DNA from: Sphaerodactylus townsendi
Lineage: Eukaryota
Length of the DNA: 64,000 nt
Reading direction: 5' to 3'
NCBI RefSeq assembly: GCF_021028975.2
Contig: NC_059427.1
Span: 122,388,001 to 122,452,000, forward strand
Shown here: one piece after another, positions 51,201-59,815 of the stretch
How positions within the stretch are numbered: the first letter of the stretch is position 1
Layout: every line of letters starts with the position of its first letter
Made by a program: the position numbers and the translations under genes
Notes under the pieces: generated by a model
What the model saw: only the letters and a program-made list of their open reading frames with translations
Databases searched by the model: none
Told to the model about the DNA's origin: nothing

Positions 51201-54200
51201 ACTATAATATAGGTAACACTCCAAGTTGTGGAGTTCTGTGATGTGAAATTAAAATACGTTACTCTGTCACTCACCTCACAGTGAGATCCACAGCAGTGTC
51301 CGCTTCTACCTTGAATATCAGAGTCTGGAGAGCATTGACTTCCACAACTCCTGGAAGGCCCAACAGCTCAGGATTTGCCAAGGGTCTCACTTCTTCAACA
51401 GTGAGTACCAGCTCCATAGTTTCAAAACTCACAGGGTTCCTTGCTATCAGCTATGCAAAACAAAAACAAAAGAAAGGAAAAAACCCATCTTCTTAAAAAG
51501 GTATAGTTCCTCCCTGCCAATACCTACAGTAATTGACACACACACCCCGCAAGAACATTAAAATGTGTGCAGCTATAGGTTTTTACTTATATATTTACTT
51601 CATTTATAATTCTCCTCTCTTGTTTAAGCAGATTGCAGAATTAGAAAAACCTTTATAAAAATACTAGAAACAATGCAATAAAACTGAAACAATGCAATAA
51701 AACTGAATCATGCAATTAAAGAACAATGGGGGCGTGGGGGGGGAGTCCAGTGTGATAATCTAAAAAAAACAATGCATGTAGGACCGAGGAGAGGAAAAGG
51801 GAAAGCTACCTGAAATACAATAGTAAAGAGGATGAGGTGACAAGAAGTCCTGGTGAACATGAATGAATTAAACCCAGGGAAGTTACTTCCTCTTTCAGTC
51901 CACCCCAAACCTTACAAGGCTATTGTAAAGATTGCTGAAATAATGTGTGTGAAGTGCTGCATCAGTATTCTTATTTATACTGCCTTAAATGGCTGCTTCC
52001 TAATTCTAAGTTATCTTGGTATGGTAGTATCTTACCTTCAGCTGGTATGTGGCAGGTCTCCTAAATCTGACCATGTAGTTCTGACCACTGTAGGCAAACT
52101 TGTCCATGTTATCAATGACCCAGGTATAAGACACGGAGGAGCCCTGACTGATCTCAGCTTTGAAGACCTGGTCAAAGCAAAATCAAATTATTAGAATGGC
52201 TCAAGAATTGGTTCAGCCTCTTGGCTGCTGTGACAGATGGGCACAGACCGCGCTCCTTCCTATCAGTCACCAGTCCCCTTACCTTGTTTGGTGTCCCCTT
52301 GGCTGCTGACCATGTTGCTTTTACTGTTCTCTACTGGACTTACTCTTTACTCTCCCTGTGTTATTTATGTACAATAAAGGTCTCTGAATCTGAACTTGTT
52401 TGGTGCATGTGCAGAGCATAACAAAATAGGCAAAACTGTTCATACTTTGATCATCTACTTCACTGTTTCTCAACATACTATCTGGAATCTGGCAATAAAT
52501 TTGGCATCCTGAACATTGTATTATAAAATAAAATATTTTTGCTATACTCTGTTCTACATAAAGATGGTACTAGATTGTAGATTCCTCCACCACAGAACAA
52601 AGCATGCCAGACTTTCTTTGTTGTAGAATGCTCCACCTAGGTCCTAGTGCCTACTCAGTCCTGTTCCCCCCATCCATTTGAAAGTAAAAATAGATTTTGG
52701 CATAAATACCAAACCATGTTCAACAAGGCACAAAATAATGGTTTTGACAAAAGCAGTGTGTAAAAATGAATGATAATTCTCATATTCACTTGAGACTACA
52801 TTCTAATACGGAAGGACACAGCTTTCTCAACAATTGCACTCAACCAACTGACCTATCATCTTTATGTGAAAAAGAGTATAGTACTCAGGGATGCAGAAAG
52901 TTTGAAAACAATTATACCAGGAGCTTGGGAATTGAGGAAGCAAGAGTTCCTGGGATTTACGTGATCCAGATTCCCATGGTTAAGAAACTCCATTCAAATT
53001 TGTTGCTTGGGCTGAATGAAATAGACAGAGTCTGTATGGTCAGAGTACTATGACCCTTGTAGAACTATCCTTGTACATGGAACGAGGATATATGCAGCCA
53101 GCACCAGATGCCCTTCATGTTAACCTAGAGATAAAAAAGGAACTGACATCAGGATGTACCTGAGACACCCCCATGATCATCTGATAGGGTCCAGGGGGTA
53201 CCACATGGAGACCTTCAATGGCATCATATGCCTGAATCTTCATTGACAACTTCTGGGTGGTGCTGACTTCATTGGATACCAGGATGTTCAAGATCTCCTC
53301 TTCTCTTGGCTCATCCACCACAAACTGCACTGAGGAAAACCAGGTATCTGCAGTATCTCTGTAGCAGGCAGGCACATGTGTTACAATGCTTGCTGGGCAA
53401 GTGCCCGCAAATGGCACTCCAACTCTCTCCACTGGTGATGTCCAGCGAGCCACAGCTTTGCAGCCAGATACAATCTTGATAACAAGCAAAATCTCCTGTT
53501 TAGTCATTACATTAAGCTTTCCATTAACTGGTATGGGGTAGATGAGCTGTAAACCACTGACTTTGGATGGCACCTGCATTGCACAGTGAGCCTGCGTGCT
53601 GCCGACAGCATTTTTCACTGTTGCTGCATAAGTGTACAAGCCAGGTTCCAACTTTGGGCCTAGTAAAGAAGTATATGCCAAACTTTTCATCTTATGTGCA
53701 AAAGTCACTCTGATATCACAAAGGACACTGTCCACCCAGGTAGGGCTGGGAAACCCGACGATACTTCCCTCCCACCAGCCGTCCTTCACAAGGCTGATGT
53801 AGCTCTGTCGCCAGGGGGAATGCGTGTGTGGCAGGCACTGTAGAAATAAGCCCACACCAGCATCATGTTGTATCCCTATAATGTCATCCGGATACACAAT
53901 AATATCTTCTTTTGGCAAGAGAACCTAAAATGCACAGAAAGCACAGGAGCATTTAGATACATTCTTCAGTTAACGTAGCACATCTTGGCTTCACTGTTCA
54001 TGCAACTCTTCCTGCTGTTATCAGTCTCAAGGTAATGCACACAAAACAGAACAATACAACAATAAATAAACTAATCCACGTGGCATTATAGCAGTCAGTG
54101 TGGTGTAGATGTAGCAGTTTGAGTGTTGGACTAGGACCTGGGAGACCCAAGTTGAAGTCTCCACTTTGTGATGGAAGCTTGCTGGATGATCTTGGGCCAG

Positions 54201-57200
54201 TCACAGATGCTCAGCTTAACCTACCTCATAGGGTTGTTGTGAAAATAAAATAGAGAAGAGAAGAATGGTGAAAGACATTTTAGGTCCTCAAAATTGCTTA
54301 TCACATATTTAGGAGAAAAATATATGAAAAAACCTGACAAGACAGAAAAACTTGAAAGGGCTGCGGGACACAACATGTCAACTATAGCATGTTTATGGAT
54401 ACACTTACATGGAAATGGGTGTTTTCACTGCTTGGGGTTAGCAATAATGGAAGATCAGCCACTGGGGCATAGAAGGGTGGCACTCCTTTGTACCGTGGTG
54501 GATGAGGAAACTGCAGGTGGCCAGTTGTGTTCTCAAAAGCATATGAGCTGCAAGGACTGGAGATGTCCAGGCAGTGATCTTTCAAAGGACACCACTGGTG
54601 TCCATTTGAACACCAACCCCTGGTGTTACAAGATAGCTCCAAGTAACAGCAAGCAAAAGACGATTGAAGCAATTCACACCCTGAGAAGAGAAACACAGGG
54701 ACTGAGTTATGCTAGGCTTATTCAAAAGATACAAATATCAATAGGAATATGTGGGCTTGTGAGGGGAGGAGAGACTGAGAATGTTATTTGACCTAGTACT
54801 TGCCAGTTCTAGCGCTTGGCGCCGAGCCGGCGTTTTTAGAGTGCGCTGGGAAGCGCACTTTTCTGAAAACGCCAGCTGGAAGCTGCTGCCGTGCGAACGG
54901 CAGTGGCTTCCTGGCGCTTCCCCCCCCCCCACTCCCTGCCTTCACTCACCTGCTCTCCGGCCCTCCGGCCCGTCGCCGGGGCCTGGGGACATGCCCCCCT
55001 GCTCTGCAACACGGAAGCAGGGCGCAGGGCAGGGGAGGCGTGTCCCCAGGCCCCGGCGACGCGCTGGAGGGCCGGAGAGCAGGTGAGTCGACCGGGCGAC
55101 GGCGCCCAGCGGCGCCGTCTTCCTGGTTCTTTCTGGGACAGTCCATGCAGACGGTCCCAGCATCGTCGGGTCGACGTCAGAAACGCCGACCCAAGCCCTT
55201 CCGCCTCCGTGCGGAAAGGGCCAAAGAGATAAGGACAATCTGAAGTCAGTTCAGATTGGCTGTTGTGGGTTTTCCAGGCTGTGTGGCCATGGTCTGGTAG
55301 TTTGTGGTTCTAGAAGAAGAAGAAGAAGAAGAGTTTGGATTTATATCCCCCCTTTCTCTCCTGCAGGAGACCCAAAGAGGCTTACAATCTCTTTGCCCTT
55401 CCCCCCTCACAACAAACACCCTGTGAGGTAGGTGGGGCTGAGAGAGCTCCGAGAAGCTGCGACTAGCCCAAGGTCACCCAGCTGGCGTGTGTGGGAGTGT
55501 ACAGGCTAATCTGAATTCCCCAGATAAGCCTCCACAGCTCAGGCGGCACAGCGGAGAATCAAACCCGGTTCCTCCAGATTAGATACATGAGCTCTTAACC
55601 TCCTACGCCACTGCTACTGTTTTTCCTGCATCTATGGCTGGCATCTTCAGAGGCATGTCATGGTTAAAATGATTTCTCTGAGTGTTTCCCTCAGTTCAGA
55701 TTATTTAAAAAAAGAAGAAGAATTGCAAACAAACAGAAAAACAGAAAACACAAATTTTTGAAGCAAGGTCATTGTATTTTGGTTAGAGAAAACAGTGGTG
55801 CTGGAAGGAACTATCAACACAACAGCCTCTATATAAAAATAAATCATTTTTCAAGAAATGAAAATAAATTTTCAAGAAATGAATGATGTAATTTCTTTCC
55901 ACTTTTATCATCCATCAGATCTGAGTTGGGTTTGGTGAAAGAAATTGAGCTCTTTTGTTTTAAAATCTCAGGGCCTCACTAGCGTTAAAAGTCACAAAAA
56001 GCCAAGCCAGTTGAAGGAAGGCCAAACTGCTCCCTTGGTGGGTGAACAGAACAGAGAGTGCAAGAGAGGGAGCAGGGGTTAGTCTGTCTTACCAGGGGGG
56101 ATCAAGTGTTGGCTGGGACTGCAGTATGGACGGTAGATCTGAAAACGGCCGTGGACTGGCTTCTTTGTTGCTTGCACACCAAAGTCTATAGAACTGACTG
56201 TTCCATTATGGCTGAACCAGAGGCCAGGAAACAGCATCAGCTGCAAGACAGAAACATCCGAGGAAAAACAGAGCAAAATGACGTGTGAAGGAAAAAGGCC
56301 TGAGCAGGAGTTACTGAGCATGATTGGCTTCTATGTGGCTGAACACCAGAAATTCCAAAACAGTAGAAAGAGGAAGTGGGCACTGTCATAAAATATTTCC
56401 TGGTAACTTTGTTGCTACCCAATATACTAAGATCATATAATGTGGATTAAAATTATATTTGTCTCCATTTTATCAAATGTGTAGGTATGGGGGAAAAAAT
56501 TTGGTTCCCTCATAGGAACGATGGATGGAAATGCCTAGGGAGCAGCAGTGGCGTAGTGGTTAAGAGCAGGTGTACTCTAATCTAGAGGAACTGAGTTTGA
56601 TTCCCCGCTCTACCATTTGAGCTGTGGAGGCTTAGCTGGGGAATTCAGGAAGCACAGCCAGAAAACAATAGACTCAAGGGTCCACCTAATGTAGCCTCCT
56701 GTTTCCAACAGTAGCCAATCAAACAACTTTTTGCTAGCTGAGATAACCAATTTATCTCAGTAAATCTCAGATGAGATTTAGGCAGAGATCTGTAATTTCA
56801 GGATCCCTTTTAAAATAATTAGTATTACGTCGGCTACTCTCTAGTAAGAAGCCTGGTTTTAATGTTATTTATTTATTTGTTTGTTTGTTTGTTTGTTTGT
56901 TTGTTTGATTTATATCCCCCACAGGGCTCAGGGCGGCAAACAATAAAAACAGTAAAAACAGCCATAACAATAATACAATAAAATCAGTCAACAATAGCAG
57001 CAACAGATGACAAAAAAACCCCCACCCTCACCCCTTCGTACTCACAGGAGGCCAAGATGGTAATATGGAGATCAAATACAGCAATCAACCCGGCTGGGCA
57101 GATGGAAATGCCTGGTGGAATAGGTCCGTCTTACAGGCCCTGTGGGAACCTTGCAAATCCCACAGGGCCCTGATCTCGCTAGGGAGTGTATTCCACCAGG

Positions 57201-59815
57201 TAGGGGCCAGGGCATATTTTTGTCAACAGATCAGTGATAATGACATATTTGACTTCTGGTGAATGTTACCCAGCATTAGGGTGTCAATTTATTAATTTTA
57301 CCATTTTTAGATATTCCTGTTTCTTAAATTAACTGTGACTGCGTTGGATTTTCTGTGTGGACTGGTCACTTTTCACAAACTGTTTGGCGAGACTGGTGTA
57401 ACTAAATCCTTGGCACTGCTCAGCATTAAGTCAAGGTTTCCTTCACTGTTTGTCAGGTACATAACTGCTGATTTAAGGTATAATCCTTCATTGCTTGTCA
57501 GCTATATGACTGCTGATCTAAGGTCTATCACATCCAAAATGCTGTTTCTTTCTCATAACTTTAACCAGTGGTAGGATTCAAATAATTTAACAACGGTTCC
57601 AAAAGGACTCAGTGGTGGGATTACAACCAGTTCTCTGAACTCGACAAAAAATTTGCTACTACTGACTTTAACAAATATTTACTTGGTCAATATGACAGTA
57701 ATCAGTCACTAATTTTGACACTATTGTTTTCTTTTGCCCATGACTTCTTTTACTTCATCTCAAAAGCATCAGCTTTGGTTGGAGCAGAGGCTTGGGTCCA
57801 GTACTTTCTGCCTGTACATCACCTCCTCTTTCCTGCTGTATTTCAATGCAACCTCCAAAATGCTCCTGCATGGTAGGATTGCCAGCTGTGGGCAATATAT
57901 TGAAGTTCTAGAAATCAGAAATCCCCTCGTTCAAGTATCAGGAGCCTTTTGGCATCTGTACCTGACATTAAATGATGGTTTGATTGTGTCCCTTCCACCT
58001 GCTTGCCAGTTAACAACGTATTCTAAAATAACAGAAATGTTAAAATTGGGGTCATGTATCATGAAGACAAATGGGTTCAGCGTATACATCTAAGGTATTA
58101 CCTCAATACTGCTGGCCGCCAAGGAAGGTGTTTCTTGTCTGATGCTGATATTCTTCACATTATAACTACTACTAAACACTGGAATTCCTGTCACAAATAT
58201 ATTTGGGGTGGGAAGGGCAGCTGTAAACACAGAACACATTTAAACATGTGTGAGGTTTAATTGCAATGGAATTTCTCATGAGAAAAATGTCCAAAGCACT
58301 TATTAGCTCTGTCTTCCTATTCCACAACTGTTCTGTTTACTCATGAATTCTGGTAAGGTACTTTGTCAAACAAAAATCAAGAGTCTATATAATGTTTGCT
58401 GGATTGCCTGATACCAAGAATCCGGAGAGGCAGTATATAAATTCTGTAAATAAACACACATACCACCCTCCTGTATTCCTCCGGATCATTTAAATCATTG
58501 CCATCTAATCATCCTGCTGCTCTCCTGTCTAGTATTTCACTTTTGGTACATGAAAATAATTATTTGACATTTGCTTTTATACATATATGTATATTAGTTT
58601 CTCAGATTCCTACTTTGTTTTTCTTTATCATACACTTTATTTCTTTTGCCAGAGTATGACTTTTTAAAAAATCTGTTATTGGAGTATATATCACTTATTC
58701 AAGAAAGTCTTCTTGCATTTCATGGCTTCCTTGATACTATTTAATCTCCTTGGCACCTTCTAGAACAGATATTTCTTGTCTGCAACATACATTTCATCTT
58801 ACCCCATATGATAGCAGTTTTAAAGAACTCTGCTTTCTAGGGGAACTCATTCCCTTCAGCTTCCCTTTAAGTAATCTCCCTAATTTTTTTCTGGAAAGGG
58901 GATCCATCTGACATTAAAGAACAGCAGTCTCATTATTTAAATCCCAGAGATCACCCCCTTATGCATGCGCACGCGCTCTCGCGCGCACACACACACACAC
59001 ACACACGAGAGATTACTAGAATGACTAGTACCTCCAGTTCTCTTTTCGCAGATGAATGATGATTTCCCAGAACATGGGTTGTATCTCCAGGGCCTTTTTG
59101 AATCCAGGAGAAGCATCTGAACACAGATTTCATTTTCTCCTACAGATTTGCCTGAGGGCATCTGCTTCTGGAATGGATCTACAGGGTACCCATCTACCCA
59201 GTGCAAGGATCCTAAAGAGTCAAGGTCACTCAGTCCAATCCAAACTAAACCAGCACTGCTAAGGAGAAGAAAACAGAGGGGCAAAATCAAACGAGGGCAA
59301 TACCTTGGATTGTAACAACATTTATCAAGGGAGGCGGACAGTTTTAGTTTCTCACATGCTGTTGTTAGGTTAATCTATCTAGTACCTTTTTATTCAGCCT
59401 TTCTCTGATGTGCTCAGGTTTCTGAACACCCATGGGTCTTCCTTCCTCATTTTATCCATCCATTGAGATGTTAGGCAGAGAGACAGTGAACAGCATTCAC
59501 AATGCAAATAAATATGTAAATAGGGTCACTCAAACAGCATGGACTATACAATTTAAAGTATGCGTATAAAATATCCCTTACAGTATATGAGGGTGTGACA
59601 TTTTTAAATAAGTGGCACATCACAAGTTATTTACCTAGAGAAAGAGTTCTGTAGATAGGTTTGAATCTCCAGGGACCTCACTACCACTAGATCTCCTCCA
59701 GGGACTTCCTGGCAGACCTTTCTGGCCTTCTGCCATGTCTCCTTAGTTTCACTAATCCAGTAACAGTTCAGGTTCTGCAAATTGATCAGTCCAGTTTGTG
59801 GACAAGAGGTAGTAT
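83..59815 (-). CDS. pkd1b: Polycystin-1-like gene (probable pkd1b paralogue), multi-exon and partial: 33 exons equivalent to PKD1 exons 6-38
   Basis: Hand-spliced GT-AG exons give one continuous frame (10,192 nt) with polycystin-1 domain order: C-type lectin, PKD repeats, REJ, GPS (CQTQHL^[11 protein letters not shown]), TM1, PLAT, TM2-6. Several exon sizes equal the human PKD1 sizes I recall (132, 176, 160, 196, 144, 211, 203 nt). Family assignment is secure; pkd1b versus PKD1 is inferred from divergence (about 0.7). Confidence 0.93.
613..1283. mobile_element. hAT-like non-autonomous element
   Basis: CAAGGGTGTA...TACACCTTTG termini; 8-bp TSD TATACAGC/TATATAGC. Confidence 0.7.
2377..2765. 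mobile_element. Penelope-like element fragment (inverted pLTR arrangement)
   Basis: TATTGTCGAAGGCTTTCAC end plus CCTCTAAAGATGCCAGTCACAGATGCAGGCGAAAC core; related copies at 7289-7502, ~25610-25720, ~26190-26325, ~55255-55680. Confidence 0.65.
3089..3387 (+). mobile_element. tRNA-derived CORE-type SINE (Squam3-like)
   Basis: A box TGGCGTAGTGG, B box GGTTTGATTCC, GTGACCTTGGGC core, (CTT)n tail. Confidence 0.85.
3983..4474 (+). mobile_element. 5'-truncated copy of the hAT element at 42413-42999
   Basis: High identity to ~42512-42999; ends GGATCCCACCACTG, 19 nt from the exon 37 donor. Confidence 0.88.
4494..4685 (-). CDS. Exon 37 equivalent
   Basis: [15 protein letters not shown]...[43 protein letters not shown] (PKD1 AKEEARKV motif). 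Confidence 0.93.
5781..6008. other. Assembly gap (228 N)
   Basis: Run of N in intron 36, flanked by GC-rich repeat-like sequence. Confidence 0.99.
7015..7217 (-). CDS. Exon 36 equivalent (TM4, TM5)
   Basis: 203 nt; [33 protein letters not shown]...[21 protein letters not shown]. Confidence 0.92.
7289..7502. mobile_element. Penelope-like palindromic pLTR fragment with hammerhead core
   Basis: ~80-bp inverted arms around TCCT-CTGAAGA-GGCC...GGC-GAAA-CATC-AGGA (7377-7419). Confidence 0.7.
8181..9721 (+). mobile_element. Helitron, internally deleted and non-autonomous
   Basis: 5' TCTATATATATAAA then (CTGA)n; 3' GAA-loop hairpin (9694-9709) then CTAG|T; RepHel remnants inside; no TSD. Confidence 0.9.
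9090..9425 (+). pseudogene. Helitron RepHel C-terminal PIF1-family helicase fragment
   Basis: VFIPRIPLI...[24 protein letters not shown]...[13 protein letters not shown]...[10 protein letters not shown]. Confidence 0.93.
9722..9900 (+). mobile_element. Degenerate 5S rRNA-derived SINE with RTE-like tail
   Basis: GAAACTAAG...TACTTGGATGAGAGACC resembles the 5S internal promoter, followed by GGAAGGCAATGGCCAACCAC. Confidence 0.55.
10115..10215. mobile_element. Short hAT-like MITE
   Basis: TIR GTGGTGGCGAACCTTTGGCACTCCA/TGGAGTGCCAAAGGTTCGCCACCAC; no TSD found. Confidence 0.75.
10273..12725 (+). repeat. Left arm of long inverted repeat
   Basis: ORF 10069-10653(-) shares its peptide with 16642-17187(+); 12012-12197(-) with 15056-15295(+). 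Confidence 0.97.
14477..17097 (-). repeat. Right arm of long inverted repeat (indel-rich copy)
   Basis: Near-identical to the left arm at ~14950-15240 and ~16715-17097, with many short insertions elsewhere. Confidence 0.97.
17423..17595 (-). CDS. Exon 35 equivalent
   Basis: [10 protein letters not shown]...[13 protein letters not shown]; donor gtgcgt; phase 1 joins exon 36. Confidence 0.8.
17671..17969 (-). mobile_element. tRNA/CORE SINE (Squam3-like)
   Basis: Reverse-strand homolog of 3089-3387. Confidence 0.8.
18367..18481 (-). CDS. Exon 34 equivalent
   Basis: ccacag|AGAG...GATGG|gtatgt; [39 protein letters not shown]. Confidence 0.78.
19266..19480 (-). CDS. Exon 33 equivalent
   Basis: [21 protein letters not shown]...[27 protein letters not shown]; phase 2 to 1. 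Confidence 0.82.
20759..20823 (-). CDS. Exon 32 equivalent
   Basis: tctttacag|GAG...ACAG|gtgaaa; 65 nt, phase 0 to 2, required to join exons 31 and 33. Confidence 0.75.
20885..22803 (+). mobile_element. Decayed hAT (Tip100-like) transposon with transposase remnants, filling intron 31
   Basis: [38 protein letters not shown] and dimerisation-domain [26 protein letters not shown]; 3' TAAATCCAGCCCC; C-rich subterminal repeats 20900-21065; 5' TIR not found. Confidence 0.75.
22274..22633. mobile_element. hAT-Charlie-like MITE nested in the decayed hAT
   Basis: CAGTGTTTCCCAACC...GGTTGGGAATCGCTG; perfect TSD CTTTAGAG. Confidence 0.9.
22909..23058 (-). CDS. Exon 31 equivalent (cytoplasmic loop)
   Basis: tccag|GTC...AGC|gtgagt; [37 protein letters not shown]. 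Confidence 0.85.
23513..23636 (-). CDS. Exon 30 equivalent (TM3)
   Basis: [29 protein letters not shown]. Confidence 0.92.
24246..24912. repeat. 21-bp G-rich minisatellite (~32 units)
   Basis: Consensus near CCTGGGAGGTTGGGCGGGACA / CCTGGGCCATTGGGCGGGACG. Confidence 0.95.
24971..25181 (-). CDS. Exon 29 equivalent (TM2)
   Basis: 211 nt; [45 protein letters not shown] (PKD1 HIWLS..PP.SRFTR.QR motif). Confidence 0.95.
27084..27227 (-). CDS. Exon 28 equivalent (PLAT/LH2)
   Basis: 144 nt; [48 protein letters not shown]. Confidence 0.95.
27612..27779 (-). CDS. Exon 27 equivalent (PLAT/LH2)
   Basis: [56 protein letters not shown]. Confidence 0.95.
27848..27988. mobile_element. Harbinger-like MITE
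   Basis: GGCCCCTTCCGCAC...GTGTGGAATGAGCC with 3-bp ATA flanks; related copies 33678-34282 and 60626-60776. Confidence 0.7.
28664..28859 (-). CDS. Exon 26 equivalent (TM1, PLAT start)
   Basis: 196 nt; [57 protein letters not shown]; alternative in-frame acceptor at 28877. Confidence 0.93.
29152..29410 (-). CDS. Exon 25 equivalent (GPS autoproteolysis site)
   Basis: [36 protein letters not shown]^[16 protein letters not shown]; H-L-T codons at 29214-29206. Confidence 0.94.
29835..30490. mobile_element. Unclassified palindromic DNA-transposon-like repeat (related copy ~23890-24240)
   Basis: Imperfect internal inverted arms GGCCAAAGTTATGGACC/GGTCCATAACTTTGGCC; CCGAATAT subterminal repeats. Confidence 0.6.
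30530..30683 (-). CDS. Exon 24 equivalent (GAIN)
   Basis: [26 protein letters not shown]...[10 protein letters not shown]; donor gtaagt. Confidence 0.88.
32097..32702 (-). CDS. Exon 23 equivalent (REJ/GAIN)
   Basis: [25 protein letters not shown]...[30 protein letters not shown]. Confidence 0.94.
33744..34199. mobile_element. hAT MITE (CAGAGGCGTAGC family) nested in Harbinger-like MITE 33678-34282
   Basis: TSD AGTGGATT/AATGGATT; host halves rejoin to match 60626-60776. Confidence 0.85.
34388..34529 (-). CDS. Exon 22 equivalent
   Basis: [48 protein letters not shown]. Confidence 0.9.
34858..35807 (+). mobile_element. CR1 LINE 3' fragment (frameshifted ORF2 C-terminus plus 3' UTR)
   Basis: [16 protein letters not shown]...ERDLGVLVD...[28 protein letters not shown]; TTCTTATG tail. 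Confidence 0.95.
35899..36072. mobile_element. hAT MITE (CAGAGGCGTAGC family)
   Basis: CAGAGGCGTAGC...GCTATGCCTCT, inserted next to a (CA)n tract. Confidence 0.7.
36222..36362 (-). CDS. Exon 21 equivalent
   Basis: [34 protein letters not shown]; donor gtaggt. Confidence 0.92.
36501..36660 (-). CDS. Exon 20 equivalent
   Basis: 160 nt; [26 protein letters not shown]; donor gtaaga. Confidence 0.92.
37086..37121 (+). mobile_element. 5' terminal fragment of a SPIN-like hAT element
   Basis: CAGCGGTTCTCAACCTGTGGGTCGCGACCCCTTTGG matches the SPIN terminus as I recall it. Confidence 0.6.
37586..37808 (-). CDS. Exon 19 equivalent (REJ)
   Basis: [16 protein letters not shown]...FCLYRG...[15 protein letters not shown]; donor gtaaat. 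Confidence 0.92.
38005..38282 (+). mobile_element. Sauria-type SINE
   Basis: GGTTGACTCAGCCTTCCATCCTTC...GGTAAAATGAGTACCCAGC body and GGAAGGCAATGG RTE-like tail. Confidence 0.8.
38283..38516 (-). mobile_element. CR1 3' UTR fragment inserted at the SINE tail
   Basis: CATAAGAACATAAGAA start; reverse-complement homolog of ~35572-35807. Confidence 0.88.
38798..39080 (-). CDS. Exon 18 equivalent (REJ)
   Basis: [34 protein letters not shown]...[10 protein letters not shown]; donor gtaagt. Confidence 0.93.
39353..40347. mobile_element. hAT-like element with internal ~65-bp palindromic minisatellite (39480-39845)
   Basis: CAGAGGTGTAGCTA...TAGCTTCGCTACTG; flanks CATCACAC/CTTAACAC; unit GGGCTGGGAGAGCTGGCTCTGCCCATGGATCCTGTGACCCATGGGCAGAGCAAGCTTG, last unit inverted. 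Confidence 0.7.
40773..40910 (-). CDS. Exon 17 equivalent (REJ)
   Basis: [41 protein letters not shown]; donor gtgaga. Confidence 0.92.
41136..41384. mobile_element. hAT MITE
   Basis: CAGAGGAGTA...TATGCCTCTG; TSD CCTGTTCA/CCTATTCA. Confidence 0.75.
42413..42999 (+). mobile_element. hAT non-autonomous element, complete
   Basis: TIR CAGAGGTGGGATCC/GGATCCCACCACTG; perfect 8-bp TSD GTCTTGGC. Confidence 0.92.
43178..43333 (-). CDS. Exon 16 equivalent (REJ)
   Basis: [33 protein letters not shown]; donor gtgagc. Confidence 0.9.
43859..44085. mobile_element. Tc1/mariner (pogo-like) MITE nested in a Harbinger-like element (~43564-44320; uninterrupted homolog ~62350-62832)
   Basis: TA flanks; right end GTCTTATTTTTGGGGAAACACGG; the empty site is visible at 62521-62550 on the reverse strand. 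Confidence 0.75.
44846..48510 (-). CDS. Exon 15 equivalent: giant 3,665-nt exon with tandem PKD (Ig-like) repeats and start of REJ
   Basis: 1243-aa ORF with repeated W(D/N)FGDG-like motifs and G.Y.V.V.A.N..S strands, ending [12 protein letters not shown]...YQWSC; ttgtag|GTGAC, GAG|gtaata. Confidence 0.97.
49230..49366 (-). CDS. Exon 14 equivalent (PKD repeat)
   Basis: RWNFGDNSP...VTHAFIQPG; ttacag|ATGG, CAG|gttggt. Confidence 0.9.
50043..50130 (-). mobile_element. CR1 3' terminal fragment
   Basis: CATAGAATCATAGAGTTGGAAGAGACC...AAGTCCAATCCCCTG. Confidence 0.75.
51275..51450 (-). CDS. Exon 13 equivalent
   Basis: 176 nt; [20 protein letters not shown]...DTAVDLTVR; donor gtgagt. Confidence 0.9.
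52036..52167 (-). CDS. Exon 12 equivalent (PKD repeat)
   Basis: 132 nt; [44 protein letters not shown]; donor gtaaga. Confidence 0.9.
53160..53924 (-). CDS. Exon 11 equivalent
   Basis: 765 nt, within ORF 53115-53918; [14 protein letters not shown]...[16 protein letters not shown]; ttttag|GTT, CAG|gtacat. Confidence 0.92.
54409..54680 (-). CDS. Exon 10 equivalent (Cys-rich, LDL-A-like region)
   Basis: ttctcag|GGTGT...CAT|gtaagt; [38 protein letters not shown]. Confidence 0.88.
54800..55222. mobile_element. CpG-rich Harbinger-like element fragment with internal palindrome
   Basis: Inverted arms ~54944-55007 / ~55017-55088; ends GTGCGGAAAGGGCC. Confidence 0.55.
55312..55615 (-). mobile_element. 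tRNA/CORE SINE (Squam3-like) inserted into a Penelope fragment
   Basis: Highly similar reverse complement of 3089-3387 with (GAA)n tail; partial copies at ~2775-2895, ~48828-48950, ~54090-54290, ~56539-56650. Confidence 0.85.
56093..56240 (-). CDS. Exon 9 equivalent
   Basis: ttgcag|CTGATG; [38 protein letters not shown] resembles PKD1 VMVFPGL..AEFGTQ..LQVYR; donor gtaaga. Confidence 0.88.
58102..58220 (-). CDS. Exon 8 equivalent
   Basis: tttacag|CTGCC...ATTGAG|gtaata; 119 nt, phase 1 to 0 bridges exons 7 and 9; [40 protein letters not shown]. Confidence 0.8.
59032..59255 (-). CDS. Exon 7 equivalent (C-type lectin, C half)
   Basis: LVWIGLSD...LHWVDG...EICVQM...[16 protein letters not shown] (WIGL motif); NAGNAG acceptor (alternative 59258), donor gtacta. 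Confidence 0.9.
59635..59815 (-). CDS. Polycystin-1-like exon 6 equivalent (C-type lectin, N half)
   Basis: tttcag|ATACT...TCTAG|gtaaa; [56 protein letters not shown] is a typical CTLD start. Confidence 0.9.

Noticed and set aside
54800-55222. CpG island / internal promoter
   Set aside because: Short, palindromic and ending in a transposon-like terminus; better explained as a young TE fragment.
83-59815. Assignment as PKD1L1, PKD1L2, PKD1L3 or PKDREJ
   Set aside because: The C-type lectin plus long PKD-repeat array, the giant exon and exon-for-exon match fit only the PKD1/pkd1b type; PKDREJ is intronless.
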